NCBI GenBank assembly: GCA_963808245.1
Contig: CAWEES010000002.1
Span: forward strand, 1,090,252 to 1,154,251
DNA length: 64,000 bases
Direction: 5' to 3'
Source of the DNA: an uncultured Bacteroidota bacterium
Lineage (GTDB): Bacteria; Bacteroidota; Ignavibacteria; Kryptoniales; JAKASW01
The position numbers and the translations under genes are program-made. Of this stretch, positions 35,343-45,193 are shown one piece after another. The notes beneath the pieces were generated by a model. It ran no database searches and was not told where the DNA came from. It saw only the letters and a program-made list of their open reading frames with translations. How positions within the stretch are numbered: the stretch's first letter is position 1; the number at the start of each line of letters is the position of its first letter.

Positions 35343-35916
35343 TGTTTTTTAACTCCTCATATAAAATTTGTAAACGTTTTCTCAAGAACAGAACCGCGTA
35401 CCGCTTCCTCGAAAGGAGTGTATTGATGGGTTCATTTTTTATTTCCGCAATTTCTTTAAAGCTTCGACCTTCAAACTCATTCATCTCAAAGACCTCTCGC
35501 TGTTCATCAGGCATATCGTCGAGCGCGTCTTCAACTTCATCCCAGAACTGGTTCTTCCAATACTCCTGATCGGGAAGTCCGCTGAGGTCCGGTATAATTT
35601 CTTCCATCGAAAGCGAGTCGCCCGTTTCATCTCCCGGAACCCTGATTTTCATGTCGCCGAAAACTCGCGGCTTCTTCTTCCTCCGGGAATCGATAATCCT
35701 GTTCTTCGCGACGTGTATCAGCCATGATGAGACCCTGTCCATTAGACGAATACTTTCGAAGCTGCTCGCAAATTGGAAAAGAACATCCTGCAGAATATCC
35801 TCCGCGTCCTCCTTCGCAGGCACATTTCGCCTGATGAAGTTGTAAAGCCTTCCTCTTTCTTTCTCGATGGTGGCTTCTATCTGTCTCGAGTTTTCTGTCA
35901 CTAAGCTAAGTTGCAC
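35335..35916 (-). CDS. ECF-type RNA polymerase sigma-70 family factor
   Basis: Region 2 (AEDILQDVLFQFASSF...WLIHVAKNRIIDSRRKKK) and region 4 (QREVFEMNEFEGRSFKEIAEIKNEPINTLLSRKRYA). Confidence 0.88.
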   Translation of the reverse strand: MQLSLVTENSRQIEATIEKERGRLYNFIRRNVPAKEDAEDILQDVLFQFASSFESIRLMDRVSSWLIHVAKNRIIDSRRKKKPRVFGDMKIRVPGDETGDSLSMEEIIPDLSGLPDQEYWKNQFWDEVEDALDDMPDEQREVFEMNEFEGRSFKEIAEIKNEPINTLLSRKRYAVLFLRKRLQILYEELKNNV

Positions 35917-36008
35917 TTTCTATAATTATGACGAACAACCTCAAAGGATATTGTGACCCGAAACAGTTATCCGAGTCATGAAGAATTGACACAATTCTTT
36001 TACATTTA

Positions 36009-37067
36009 TTGAAATATCGAGGAATTATGAGACGCCTTAATTTAACAGCCATGTCGTTATTTATTCTATTAATTACGGCACTTAACGCTTTTACCCAGGA
36101 TGTTCGACCGATCAGAGATAATGTAGGTTTCTGCTGGGATTCAATCCAGATGAACAGGCTTATTAATTATTTAAAAGGCATCGACAGGACTCCCGCGGCG
36201 CCTTCGGGCATCGTTGCAGCCATATCGCCGCATGACGATTATCTTTATGCCGCAAGAGTATATTATCCGCTTTACCGCGTACTTCGTGCGAAGGAAGTCG
36301 TCATATTGGGGGTGACTCATGGCGACGTTCGCCCGGAGATCGGAGACCCCCACGACATTGTTATCCTCGACGACTTTAAGTTCTGGAAAGGCCCTGAAGG
36401 CTACATCGCGATTTCCCCCCTTCGTGAATTTATAAAAAGCAAATTAGACACATCATGTTATATCATCAGCAATAAGGCCCACACTCTTGAACACTCCATA
36501 GAAGCTTTGATTCCTTTCCTGCAGTATTACAATCGGGACATCAAGATCACTCCGATCATGATAACACAGATGCCCTTCGGACGGATGGACACCGTTTCCG
36601 ACCGGCTGTCCACGATAATTTCAGATTATATGAAAGCCAACCACCTTGTCCCGGGAAAAGATATTGCATTCCTGATCTCGTCCGACGCCGATCACTACGG
36701 ACAAGATTTCAATAACCTCCCTTACGGTGAAGACGCGAGAGCACATGAGGAAGGAACTGCGAACGACCGGCAAATCGCGCAAAAGGACCTTGATGGAGTT
36801 CTATCGAGCGGGAAAGTCGCGGATCTGACCGCGGAGATGAAAAACACTCTTTGGTGCGGGAAATATTCCGTCCCGTTTGGACTTCTGACCTCAGAGAAGG
36901 TCATCGCGAAATATTCGGGGAGATCGCTCGACGGTAGAGTGCTGCGCTATTCCGATTCGTACACTGAAAGCGTGCTTCCTTTGAAGGATACCGGTATGGG
37001 AACGACCGCGCCGGCATCTTACAAGCACTGGTGCGGGTGGCTTTCGGCCGCGTATTATCTGAAATAA
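36009..37067 (+). CDS. Memo / LigB-fold (AmmeMemoRadiSam protein B-like) protein with a signal peptide
   Basis: AAISPHDDYLYAARVY, GVTHG and EHSIEALIPFLQ resemble Memo-family metal-site motifs. The N-terminal hydrophobic leader is LTAMSLFILLITALNAFTQ. The start may instead be the ATG at 36027. Confidence 0.55.
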   Translation: MKYRGIMRRLNLTAMSLFILLITALNAFTQDVRPIRDNVGFCWDSIQMNRLINYLKGIDRTPAAPSGIVAAISPHDDYLYAARVYYPLYRVLRAKEVVILGVTHGDVRPEIGDPHDIVILDDFKFWKGPEGYIAISPLREFIKSKLDTSCYIISNKAHTLEHSIEALIPFLQYYNRDIKITPIMITQMPFGRMDTVSDRLSTIISDYMKANHLVPGKDIAFLISSDADHYGQDFNNLPYGEDARAHEEGTANDRQIAQKDLDGVLSSGKVADLTAEMKNTLWCGKYSVPFGLLTSEKVIAKYSGRSLDGRVLRYSDSYTESVLPLKDTGMGTTAPASYKHWCGWLSAAYYLK

Positions 37068-37110
37068 CAGTCCTGCGTATATTTCGAAACTACAATCGCG
37101 ATGTTGTCGT

Positions 37111-38001
37111 TCATTTCTCCTTGACTCCGACAAGCGAGCCAAGAGGTTTGAGCGAGGATTGTTTTCCGCTTTTCGAATCGTAGACAATCAACTTATGTAC
37201 GCCCTTCCTTGATTTCGAATAATCCGTGAAGTCAACGTACAGATTTCCGTCGGACAAAATGCAGGCATTGACATTCACGATACCGTTCAACAGCCTGCTT
37301 GTTTTCCCGTTCCGCGTGATAAAGGCGTTTTCGGGCGGGCCATCGAAATCGGGATTTGAAACGACCATGTCCTCGCACATGGAAAAATAGAGAGAATCAT
37401 TCACAAAAAACATTTCTGTTCCGGGGATTGCGACATCCATCATCGTCGTGTCGGGGATCGGAACAATTCTCCGGGAATGGTTGAACAGATTCTCCTGCAC
37501 CACTCCATCAAACGTGGCGAATAAAAGAAGAGAATCGGACCTCCAGCCAAAAACACTCAGCGAATCGACGTCATACGCAACCCTGTCTCTGCTCCGGTCG
37601 TACACCGCGGTTTCCCAATCTCCCGGCTGAATGAGATAATTGAAGGCGATGAGATTATTATTCGGTGAAATCACGGCCCCAAAATTATAATGAGCTGAAG
37701 ATTTTATGATTGTAATTTTGTTCTCCGCGACCGAATAGAACCCAACTTCTCTTTTCGGATCGTGATAGCCCTTATCTTCCCCTTCTGCATTTTCCCAACG
37801 TGTAAAACAAAGGAAGCTTCCATCCCGGCTGACGGTCACATCGAAAATATCGAAAGGTGCGGCCCAGATTGTTTCAATGGATTTGCTCACAGGCATCCAC
37901 CGAATGATAGTAGAGTCTCTCTGAAAATAGATATCCTGAGCGGTGGCAATGGAGACAAAGAATCCTGAGAGGAAAACAAAGGAGTAAATCATCTGCTTCA
38001 A
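37111..38001 (-). CDS. secreted hypothetical protein, beta-rich
   Basis: Signal peptide MKQMIYSFVFLSGFFVSIATAQ; no motif recognised. Confidence 0.55.
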   Translation of the reverse strand: MKQMIYSFVFLSGFFVSIATAQDIYFQRDSTIIRWMPVSKSIETIWAAPFDIFDVTVSRDGSFLCFTRWENAEGEDKGYHDPKREVGFYSVAENKITIIKSSAHYNFGAVISPNNNLIAFNYLIQPGDWETAVYDRSRDRVAYDVDSLSVFGWRSDSLLLFATFDGVVQENLFNHSRRIVPIPDTTMMDVAIPGTEMFFVNDSLYFSMCEDMVVSNPDFDGPPENAFITRNGKTSRLLNGIVNVNACILSDGNLYVDFTDYSKSRKGVHKLIVYDSKSGKQSSLKPLGSLVGVKEK

Positions 38002-38109
38002 AATTCGCCCTTTCGATTATTTTCAGTGATTGATAAATAAAATGCGAGAAAGCCACACTCCCGATACATCGCGGCTCTCTCACACAATTTAGCTATGGTC
38101 GTGATATGA

Positions 38110-38514
38110 TCACATCCACATCGACAGAATAGAGCCCATCACCAGCAACGAAATGAGCCAGAATCCATTATCAAGTAGCAAGAGTCCCCACGGCTTCTTT
38201 TCATATAGCTTCGTGGTCAAGGTGACCGGAGCGACAAAACCCAGCCAGCCATGAAATCCTCCCATTAATCCGCCGGCAATGCCTGAAGTCCCGAGGTAAT
38301 AATTGCTGAATGTTATCAAGTGAAAAAGAACAAAGCTCACCACCAGGGACCCGATAAAAGATAGCACGATATTCATGGGACTGGGCTTCATGTCGGTGAT
38401 GCCTGTAAGTTTCTTCCAGACCTTGGCAAATACTACGGCATACCACACTGTTGCGATGACATAACTTGCTATCGCCGCAACGAGCACAGCCAGAAAATTT
38501 ATATGGACTTCCAT
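38110..38514 (-). CDS. DUF1761-like membrane protein
   Basis: 134 aa with 4 TM segments. The N-terminus INFLAVLVAAIASYVIATVWYAVVFAKVWKKLTG is typical of DUF1761 (from memory). Confidence 0.65.
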   Translation of the reverse strand: MEVHINFLAVLVAAIASYVIATVWYAVVFAKVWKKLTGITDMKPSPMNIVLSFIGSLVVSFVLFHLITFSNYYLGTSGIAGGLMGGFHGWLGFVAPVTLTTKLYEKKPWGLLLLDNGFWLISLLVMGSILSMWM

Positions 38515-38693
38515 AACTAAACCTCCTCCACTATATCTTTATGATTTGAAAAATGAATTAGAATGTCCTGTTTCTCCTCACAGAGCTTGTTTCAGGAACA
38601 CTTTTGAATCTAATCATTGCAATCTTGAAAAGCACGCGCATCTTGGTAAGAACTTACTGCCGATAAGCCGTTCCCTTACGCATTTAAGGTCGT

Positions 38694-38722
38694 TTATAAA
38701 AAAGCGGGCCGTTAAGCCCGCC
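38694..38722 (-). terminator. rho-independent terminator of the T9SS beta-propeller gene
   Basis: On the minus strand GCGGGC-ttaacg-GCCCGC is followed by TTTTTTAT, 15 nt after the stop at 38737. Confidence 0.75.
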
Positions 38723-38736
38723 GATTCCCCCCTCTC

Positions 38737-41700
38737 CTACTTCATCAACACCAATTTCTTCATCGACACAAATCTCTGTCCGTCATCGCCCGCAGCGGTG
38801 ATCCTGTAATAGTAAATTCCGCTCGCAAACCTATTCATGTTTATGACTTCCTCATATCTTCCAGCGTTCATGTCCCCGTAATCATTCTTCAATATGCTTT
38901 GACCGAGCACATTGTAGATTTCAAGATTCACCTTTGATGCCTCTTTGAGATCAAACTGTATCGTGGTACTCGGATTGAAAGGGTTAGGATAGTTCTGGTA
39001 AAGGGCGTAGGTTCTCGGAATATCCACAGTCACAGAGATCGGAGTCATGTCTTTAGTTGTACCGTTGATATTAACGCTCTGTAATTTGTACTGATAAGTC
39101 TTCCCGGATTGGACTTTAGAATCGGAAAATAAATATGTCTTTCCAGAGATGCTTGTCCCGATGCCTTTCAACTGATTATTGCTTGTGTAACTCGAAATGA
39201 GATTGAAAGATGACGTACCTGGATCTTCCCTGAATAGATTAAAACCCATGTTGTCAATTTCAGATTGAGTTTTCCACGAGAGTTTTACTTTTCCCGGATC
39301 TGCAAGCGCCTCAAAGGATGTCACCTCGACTGCCAACGGTACATCCGGTCCTCCTTTCACCCAGAGGGTGTCCGGATTTGTCGGACAATCGCTGTAATAT
39401 AGAATAAGGGCGGCAGTCAAATCTACCGTTGTGCGGGTATACCTGATAGTATCGATAGAAGATTGACCGGGCTGAATAACTAAGGAAGTCGGCCTCGCGG
39501 AAAACGACGCTTTTGTCGAAGTGGCGTTAGAAATGTGGAGGTCGCCTGTTCCAATATTAAACAGAGTGACAGTGGTGTCTTTGAACTCGCCCACTCCAAC
39601 ATTGCCAAACACTAAAGTATCGGGAACAATTTCCAATTTAGGACTAAAGTCGATCGAATTATCTCCATAGGCAGCAAGATTCGACTGAGGAAAATAACTG
39701 GGTGCAACGAACTGCCCTCCGACAACCAACGTATGATTCGCCAGTGCAAGTGAGTAAACCGTTGCGGTGCCGATATCCTCGTTCATGTGCGCGTTGAACG
39801 ATTCGACGGCGCCAGTGCTCGAATTAAAATAGGCCAGGGCCGAACGGAACGGGCTGTATGAACTTGACATTTGTCCCCCGGCTATCAGGTCGGTATCATT
39901 GACGGCCAACGCGTAAACAGTTAATGCGAGAAAGAAATTGGCATTGAACCCTGGGACAAGAGCGCCGGTTGCTGTATCGACCGCGGCAAGACTCTTTGTC
40001 GAGGGGCTTCCGGTGAAACTAAAAAAACTTCCTCCGAGATAGACCTTGTCACCCAATGACGCAAGTGCATAGCAAAAATACCCGGGCTCCGGATCCCAGT
40101 GGGTCAGAGAATCATTGGTCGTGTCGAAAGCGGCCGCGTAACCACGCGTTATGCCGTTTACTTGATTGAAGAAACCGCTCGCAAAAACTTTCGACCCCGA
40201 AGATGCGAGAGACCACACTCCTCCATTGTCGAAGATTGGATGCCACGGATAAAGAGTGCCGGTATTCTTATCGAGCGCCCCCAAATAATCCCGACTCGCA
40301 GCATCGAGCCCGAAGAAATCACCTCCGACGTACAACCGGTTTCCCATAACAAGTAATGCATGAACGGTCCCTCCGGCAGTTCCATGCCAGTTGGGACTTT
40401 GAATAGGAAGCCCGGTCAGCGTATCGAAGGCTGCAAGGTATGGGATTGAAAGATTGGAAGATCCGACATTCGTAAAGCTTCCTCCGGCGATGATCTTATC
40501 ATTCGCCAGTACAATCGCATTTACTCCCAGCCCTCCACTTACACTGACATTTGGATTCCAGGAGGTCACCCGGCCGGTTGCAAAATCAATCGATGCAAGC
40601 CCGCTTCTCCCCGTTGAGCCTGCCGAAGTCATGTACCCGCCGACAAAGATATCACCACCGCTTGGAGAAATCGTCCATGGATAGTTATCTAGTTTCGCGT
40701 CCCAGGTAGATGCATTGCCTGTTCCAGTATCGACCGCGGCAAGATAACTGATGCTCTTTCCGCCTATCGATGTGAAAGGCCCACCGACGTACAACTTTGA
40801 TCCGCACACAGCGAGGGATGTCACGTTGTTATTCGGATTTGGACTCCATGATGCAGCAAGGCCGGTTCCGGTATCGATTGCGGCCAGATTGTTAACCGAA
40901 GCCCCGCCGATTGTTGTAAAGGAACCGCCGACGAAGACATGGCTACCTGAAATGGCGATGACTGCCGCATAATCGTTTCCCCCGCTCATCGTCGCTCCGG
41001 GGTTCCAGCCGAGAACCACATTTCCCGCCTGATCAAATTTTACCAGACCGTTTCGGTTAACACTATCGACCTCGGAGAAAAGACCCGCCGCGTAAAGATA
41101 TCCCCCGGCATACACAAAGCTGGATATGTATCCCGAGAAAGATGGGACCGTGTTGTAAAAAGACCAATTCGTCGGATTTCCTGTCAGTGTATCGACTGAA
41201 GCAAGGGCAAGGTGAAGCTGGGCATGGAGGCTTTGAAAATATCCCCCGATATAAACGTAAGCTCCCATCTGTTGCAGCGCAGTCACTTCATTATCGGCCT
41301 GCGGATCCCAGGACAACAATGATCCATCCGAAATGTTGAATGCCGCGGCATGTCCTCGAGCCTGGCTCGCGATCGAATCGAACACTCCTCCAACATAAAT
41401 CCGGCTTCCTGTGACGGAGATAGCTTTGACAAAACTGTTCGGCTCCGGATCCCACGGATCAAGCGTGTGATCCGCCCGGATGTGAGCGAGATATTTTCTC
41501 GGAACGCCGTTTATATATTTGAATTGCCCGCCAACGTACCATCCGCCCGAGCCGTCGGGGACAGAGGTAAACACGTAAGTTCCGAGTCCTTCCATCGGAT
41601 CGAATTTCGGGAAAGTTCGATCAGGCAATGCTGTCGTTGTATCCAGAAGCGCGCCCGTTCCGGTTGAGTATCCGAATTTCGTGAATGTCCCGCCCATGTA

Positions 41701-41844
41701 GATCTTTGTTCCGTTGACGAGGACACTGTTGACTTGACCATCCAACGGCGAGTCAAGAGTATCGTTTAATGTCTGTGCTCTCCCGACAACAAAGCTAAAG
41801 CAAAGAAAGAGCAACTCCATAGCTGCAAATCGTTTCAACGTCAT
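38737..41844 (-). CDS. large secreted beta-propeller repeat protein with a T9SS C-terminal sorting domain
   Basis: 1035 aa with a signal peptide and more than 12 degenerate repeats of about 50 aa (YVGGxFtsIGG...LAAxDtxTG...W.P). An Ig-like region follows, then the C-terminal YALYQNYPNPFNPSTTIQF...GIYYYRI sorting domain. Confidence 0.8.
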   Translation of the reverse strand: MTLKRFAAMELLFLCFSFVVGRAQTLNDTLDSPLDGQVNSVLVNGTKIYMGGTFTKFGYSTGTGALLDTTTALPDRTFPKFDPMEGLGTYVFTSVPDGSGGWYVGGQFKYINGVPRKYLAHIRADHTLDPWDPEPNSFVKAISVTGSRIYVGGVFDSIASQARGHAAAFNISDGSLLSWDPQADNEVTALQQMGAYVYIGGYFQSLHAQLHLALASVDTLTGNPTNWSFYNTVPSFSGYISSFVYAGGYLYAAGLFSEVDSVNRNGLVKFDQAGNVVLGWNPGATMSGGNDYAAVIAISGSHVFVGGSFTTIGGASVNNLAAIDTGTGLAASWSPNPNNNVTSLAVCGSKLYVGGPFTSIGGKSISYLAAVDTGTGNASTWDAKLDNYPWTISPSGGDIFVGGYMTSAGSTGRSGLASIDFATGRVTSWNPNVSVSGGLGVNAIVLANDKIIAGGSFTNVGSSNLSIPYLAAFDTLTGLPIQSPNWHGTAGGTVHALLVMGNRLYVGGDFFGLDAASRDYLGALDKNTGTLYPWHPIFDNGGVWSLASSGSKVFASGFFNQVNGITRGYAAAFDTTNDSLTHWDPEPGYFCYALASLGDKVYLGGSFFSFTGSPSTKSLAAVDTATGALVPGFNANFFLALTVYALAVNDTDLIAGGQMSSSYSPFRSALAYFNSSTGAVESFNAHMNEDIGTATVYSLALANHTLVVGGQFVAPSYFPQSNLAAYGDNSIDFSPKLEIVPDTLVFGNVGVGEFKDTTVTLFNIGTGDLHISNATSTKASFSARPTSLVIQPGQSSIDTIRYTRTTVDLTAALILYYSDCPTNPDTLWVKGGPDVPLAVEVTSFEALADPGKVKLSWKTQSEIDNMGFNLFREDPGTSSFNLISSYTSNNQLKGIGTSISGKTYLFSDSKVQSGKTYQYKLQSVNINGTTKDMTPISVTVDIPRTYALYQNYPNPFNPSTTIQFDLKEASKVNLEIYNVLGQSILKNDYGDMNAGRYEEVINMNRFASGIYYYRITAAGDDGQRFVSMKKLVLMK

Positions 41845-42306
41845 AACGCCTCCTTGTTGAATTGTGATAACCTAAAAAAAGATTCTATAAAATTGCCAGC
41901 ACCGCAATGAAAAAACCGGGCTCCAAATGGTAAATACTGTAAACCCTTTTACTTGTATTACATATTTTGGATCGTGTTGATCTGGTATTAATCGATTAGA
42001 CTAACTTCGCGCTCCCTGAATACTCGAAAGGAAAGTGGTAAAACATCTTGAGGTGTACTCAGCGGTTTAGTGGTACGCAAGCTCTAACGAACTATGTCTT
42101 CTGTTGGTTCCCTGGATTCATATCATAGTGCTCTTTGTCACAATGCGAAGAAAGAATCTAACCGGACTTCGAGATCGGTCCATAGTAGTCCTAAGCGATC
42201 AAAGGAATTCCATTTTTTAGGACGAGCCTCAACATCTTTAGACCCGGACAACTTAAAATCTATTTCAATCCATCGGAAATCGGGCTACCGTGATTAAATT
42301 AATCGT

Positions 42307-44886
42307 ATGGTTTCCCGTGAACGACTGCAGAAGGGGCTTGAGAAATTCTTCGGACTGAAGGAATTCCGCTCCGGACAAATCGAAATAATAAACTCCGTAA
42401 TGAATGGCTTCGACACACTTGCGGTTATGCCGACTGGCGGAGGGAAATCGATATGCTACCAGCTTCCAGCTATCCTGCTTGATGGGCTGACGATCGTCAT
42501 TACGCCTCTTATCAGTCTGATGCGCGATCAAGTTGCACAAATAAACCGTAATGGATTGATCGCTACCCAGTTAGACAGCTCTCTCGATATGAGCGTGATC
42601 CAGGAGAGGATGCAGTTAGTCAGATCGCAAAAGGTGAAGCTCTTATACGTTGCACCCGAACGCTTAGCAACGAGACGATTCATTGAGACACTATCCACAG
42701 TAAGAATTTCCCTTGTCGCAGTCGATGAAGCACACTGTATCAGCCAATGGGGACATGACTTTAGGCCGCATTATACTCGTATTTCAAATTTTATAGAAGG
42801 TGCCGGAAGTCCGACTATCCTTGCGCTCACGGCCACCGCCACGCCGGACGTCCAGGATGACATCGTGGCACAATTAAGGATGAGAAGCCCTCGGGTTTAT
42901 CTAAGCGGTTTCGCTCGAGAGAATTTATCGCTCCAGGTTTTTGTGGAAACGGGCAAGGCCCAATCGATACTTAAGTACGCGAGGAAACATGAGGGAACCG
43001 GCATCATTTACGCTTCAACCAGAAAGAGCGTCGACGAGATTTATGAATTTCTAAGCTCCAATGGAATAAAAGCTCTCCGTTATCATGCAGGCCTGACAGG
43101 AGAAGAGCGGATGAAGTCGCAAACGGAGTTTCTAAACTCCGACTGCGTCATGGTAGCAACCAACGCCTTCGGAATGGGAATTAATAAATCGAATGTCCGA
43201 TATATAATTCATTATGAGATCCCTGGAACCGTCGAGGCATATTACCAGGAGGCAGGCAGAGCCGGCAGGGATGGTAAACTTTCCGAGTGCATCTTGTTGT
43301 TTCACAAAAGAGATTTGGGAATCCAGGAATATTTTATCGACACTCTCTATCCCATAAAGGAAGAATTCGTCGAGGCTTACGATTCAATCTTCGATTCCCT
43401 TTCGATTCAGGTCGGTGATAGAGCCGAGGATTACCTCACTACTTCCGTCCCGGAAATTGCAAATCGTACCGGATTGGCCGCCCGCAAAATTGAATCTGTA
43501 ATTAATATCTTATCCCAGGCAAATGCAATTCAACTCCTTCCCAATGTTTCCGGCACGGCGTACATCAACTCAAGAGTTGATATGGATTCATTCAAGAGGG
43601 CGATCGAAAGGACTTCATCACACGATACAAAACTCGTACTCGAATCAATCCTGCGTCTATTCGGTAGTTCCGTTTTCCTTAGCCCACAGGCAGTATCGTT
43701 GGAAGAACTATCGCATAGATCTGATCTTGACACGTCAACCGTCAATCGAACGCTGTCAATTCTCCAACGCTCAGGCATCCTGGAATACAAGGCACCGACT
43801 GAGGGTATAAGCTTCAAGATGCTGGAAAGGCGTGCCGCATCGGACCGACTCCCTGTGGACTTTCAGCAACTTGCACTGCTGAAAGAACGAGCACACCAAC
43901 GACTAACAAGAATTGTCGAGTACGCGCGGACAACTTCCTGCCGGACAAATTTCATACTCGATTATTTTGGCGCTGAAGAGTTTGCGGACGGTTGTGGGAA
44001 TTGCGATAATTGCACTGTCGGGAAATCTTTTTCCGCCGAAGGTCCTGGAGAATCACCCACCGCATCAGAAATCTATCGGATGATCCTGTTATTAGTAAAA
44101 GAGACGCAGGGTCGATACGGCAGATCGACATATTGTAAAATCCTTCTTGAAGGCAACGATAAACTGGGAGAGGAATTTCGCCCGAAATATTCAAGGGTAC
44201 TAAGCCAACTTCAGCCCCAGGCAGTATTCGCTGCGTTTGATTTTCTGCTTTCAAAAGAATATCTGATCAAAACAAAATTCATTAATCCGACGGTCTCAAT
44301 CACAGAAGATGGCAAGAAATTTTTGCAGACGGGAATCTCGATCCCTTCAAAAAGACAATTCAAATTCAGAAAGGCACTTTATAAAGCTCTGCGGCAAGAG
44401 CGCCGCGATCTTGCAAGCGAAATGGGTCTGCCGGTATTCACTATAAGCACAGACGAAAACTTGATACAAATCGCTAATGTTCGCCCAACTAACGAAGAAG
44501 AAATATCCCGTTACTTGCCCCAAATCAATTCACAAAAAATCAATAAACGAATATTACAGGTCTGCCTTGACTTCGCCCCATCGGAAAAAATCGAGCTGCC
44601 GGAGAATGAACGACAGATTTACGAGCTTTATTTGGAGAAAATTACCGCCGCCGAAATTGCATCATTTCTGCAAATCTCTCTGCAAAATGTCATCGATGTC
44701 CTTGAAGGTATCAGGGGAAAAGGCCATGTAATTAACTTTAAGAGCTTAATAGATAAGAAGACTTTTGTGTTAATCAGCTCGGAGTTATTAAAAACAAAGG
44801 ATACTGTATCGGCTCACAATGCTTTACCCGACTGTGAGCTGGCAGAGATCATGCTTGTCTCAAAGATTCTCAGCGGTTCTCTCTGA
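42307..44886 (+). CDS. recQ: RecQ-family ATP-dependent DNA helicase, extended architecture
   Basis: Motifs MPTGGGKSICYQLPA, VAVDEAHCISQWGHDFRP, LTATAT and YYQEAGRAGRDG. The Zn cluster CRTNFILDYFGAEEFADGCGNCDNC lies at aa 545-569. HRDC-like and HTH-like regions occupy the C-terminus. Confidence 0.9.
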   Translation: MVSRERLQKGLEKFFGLKEFRSGQIEIINSVMNGFDTLAVMPTGGGKSICYQLPAILLDGLTIVITPLISLMRDQVAQINRNGLIATQLDSSLDMSVIQERMQLVRSQKVKLLYVAPERLATRRFIETLSTVRISLVAVDEAHCISQWGHDFRPHYTRISNFIEGAGSPTILALTATATPDVQDDIVAQLRMRSPRVYLSGFARENLSLQVFVETGKAQSILKYARKHEGTGIIYASTRKSVDEIYEFLSSNGIKALRYHAGLTGEERMKSQTEFLNSDCVMVATNAFGMGINKSNVRYIIHYEIPGTVEAYYQEAGRAGRDGKLSECILLFHKRDLGIQEYFIDTLYPIKEEFVEAYDSIFDSLSIQVGDRAEDYLTTSVPEIANRTGLAARKIESVINILSQANAIQLLPNVSGTAYINSRVDMDSFKRAIERTSSHDTKLVLESILRLFGSSVFLSPQAVSLEELSHRSDLDTSTVNRTLSILQRSGILEYKAPTEGISFKMLERRAASDRLPVDFQQLALLKERAHQRLTRIVEYARTTSCRTNFILDYFGAEEFADGCGNCDNCTVGKSFSAEGPGESPTASEIYRMILLLVKETQGRYGRSTYCKILLEGNDKLGEEFRPKYSRVLSQLQPQAVFAAFDFLLSKEYLIKTKFINPTVSITEDGKKFLQTGISIPSKRQFKFRKALYKALRQERRDLASEMGLPVFTISTDENLIQIANVRPTNEEEISRYLPQINSQKINKRILQVCLDFAPSEKIELPENERQIYELYLEKITAAEIASFLQISLQNVIDVLEGIRGKGHVINFKSLIDKKTFVLISSELLKTKDTVSAHNALPDCELAEIMLVSKILSGSL

Positions 44887-45193
44887 GATAGGGACCCTTA
44901 ATACTTTTCATTTTGCTTTGCACTTCCATGAAGAACGCATGCCATCGTTCCGGTTTACGGCTGTACCACGATAACGTCGACATAATTAAGCTATCGTTAA
45001 CATTAAATACTTTTAGCAATGAATCGACCTTCGCTTTTTGCATGCCCGGCTGGGTCGCGTATTGCGCGTCCATCAATTGGAGCTGGACGTAAATCTCGAC
45101 AAAATTCTTTTCAGGAATCGGCGGTTTATCCGCGCATGACGCAAAAAAGAAAGCGATAAAAATTAGAAGATTAATTTTTATGCGGCGCATCAA
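44870..45193 (-). CDS. DUF4296-like lipoprotein
   Basis: Lipobox IFIAFFFASC, with FVEIYVQLQLMDA typical of DUF4296 (from memory). Confidence 0.55.
   Translation of the reverse strand: MMRRIKINLLIFIAFFFASCADKPPIPEKNFVEIYVQLQLMDAQYATQPGMQKAKVDSLLKVFNVNDSLIMSTLSWYSRKPERWHAFFMEVQSKMKSIKGPYLRENR

Noticed and set aside
42094-42297. 67-aa ORF in the recQ upstream region
   Set aside because: It is Ser/Arg-rich with no RBS and an atypical sequence. I treat the region as non-coding (see finding).
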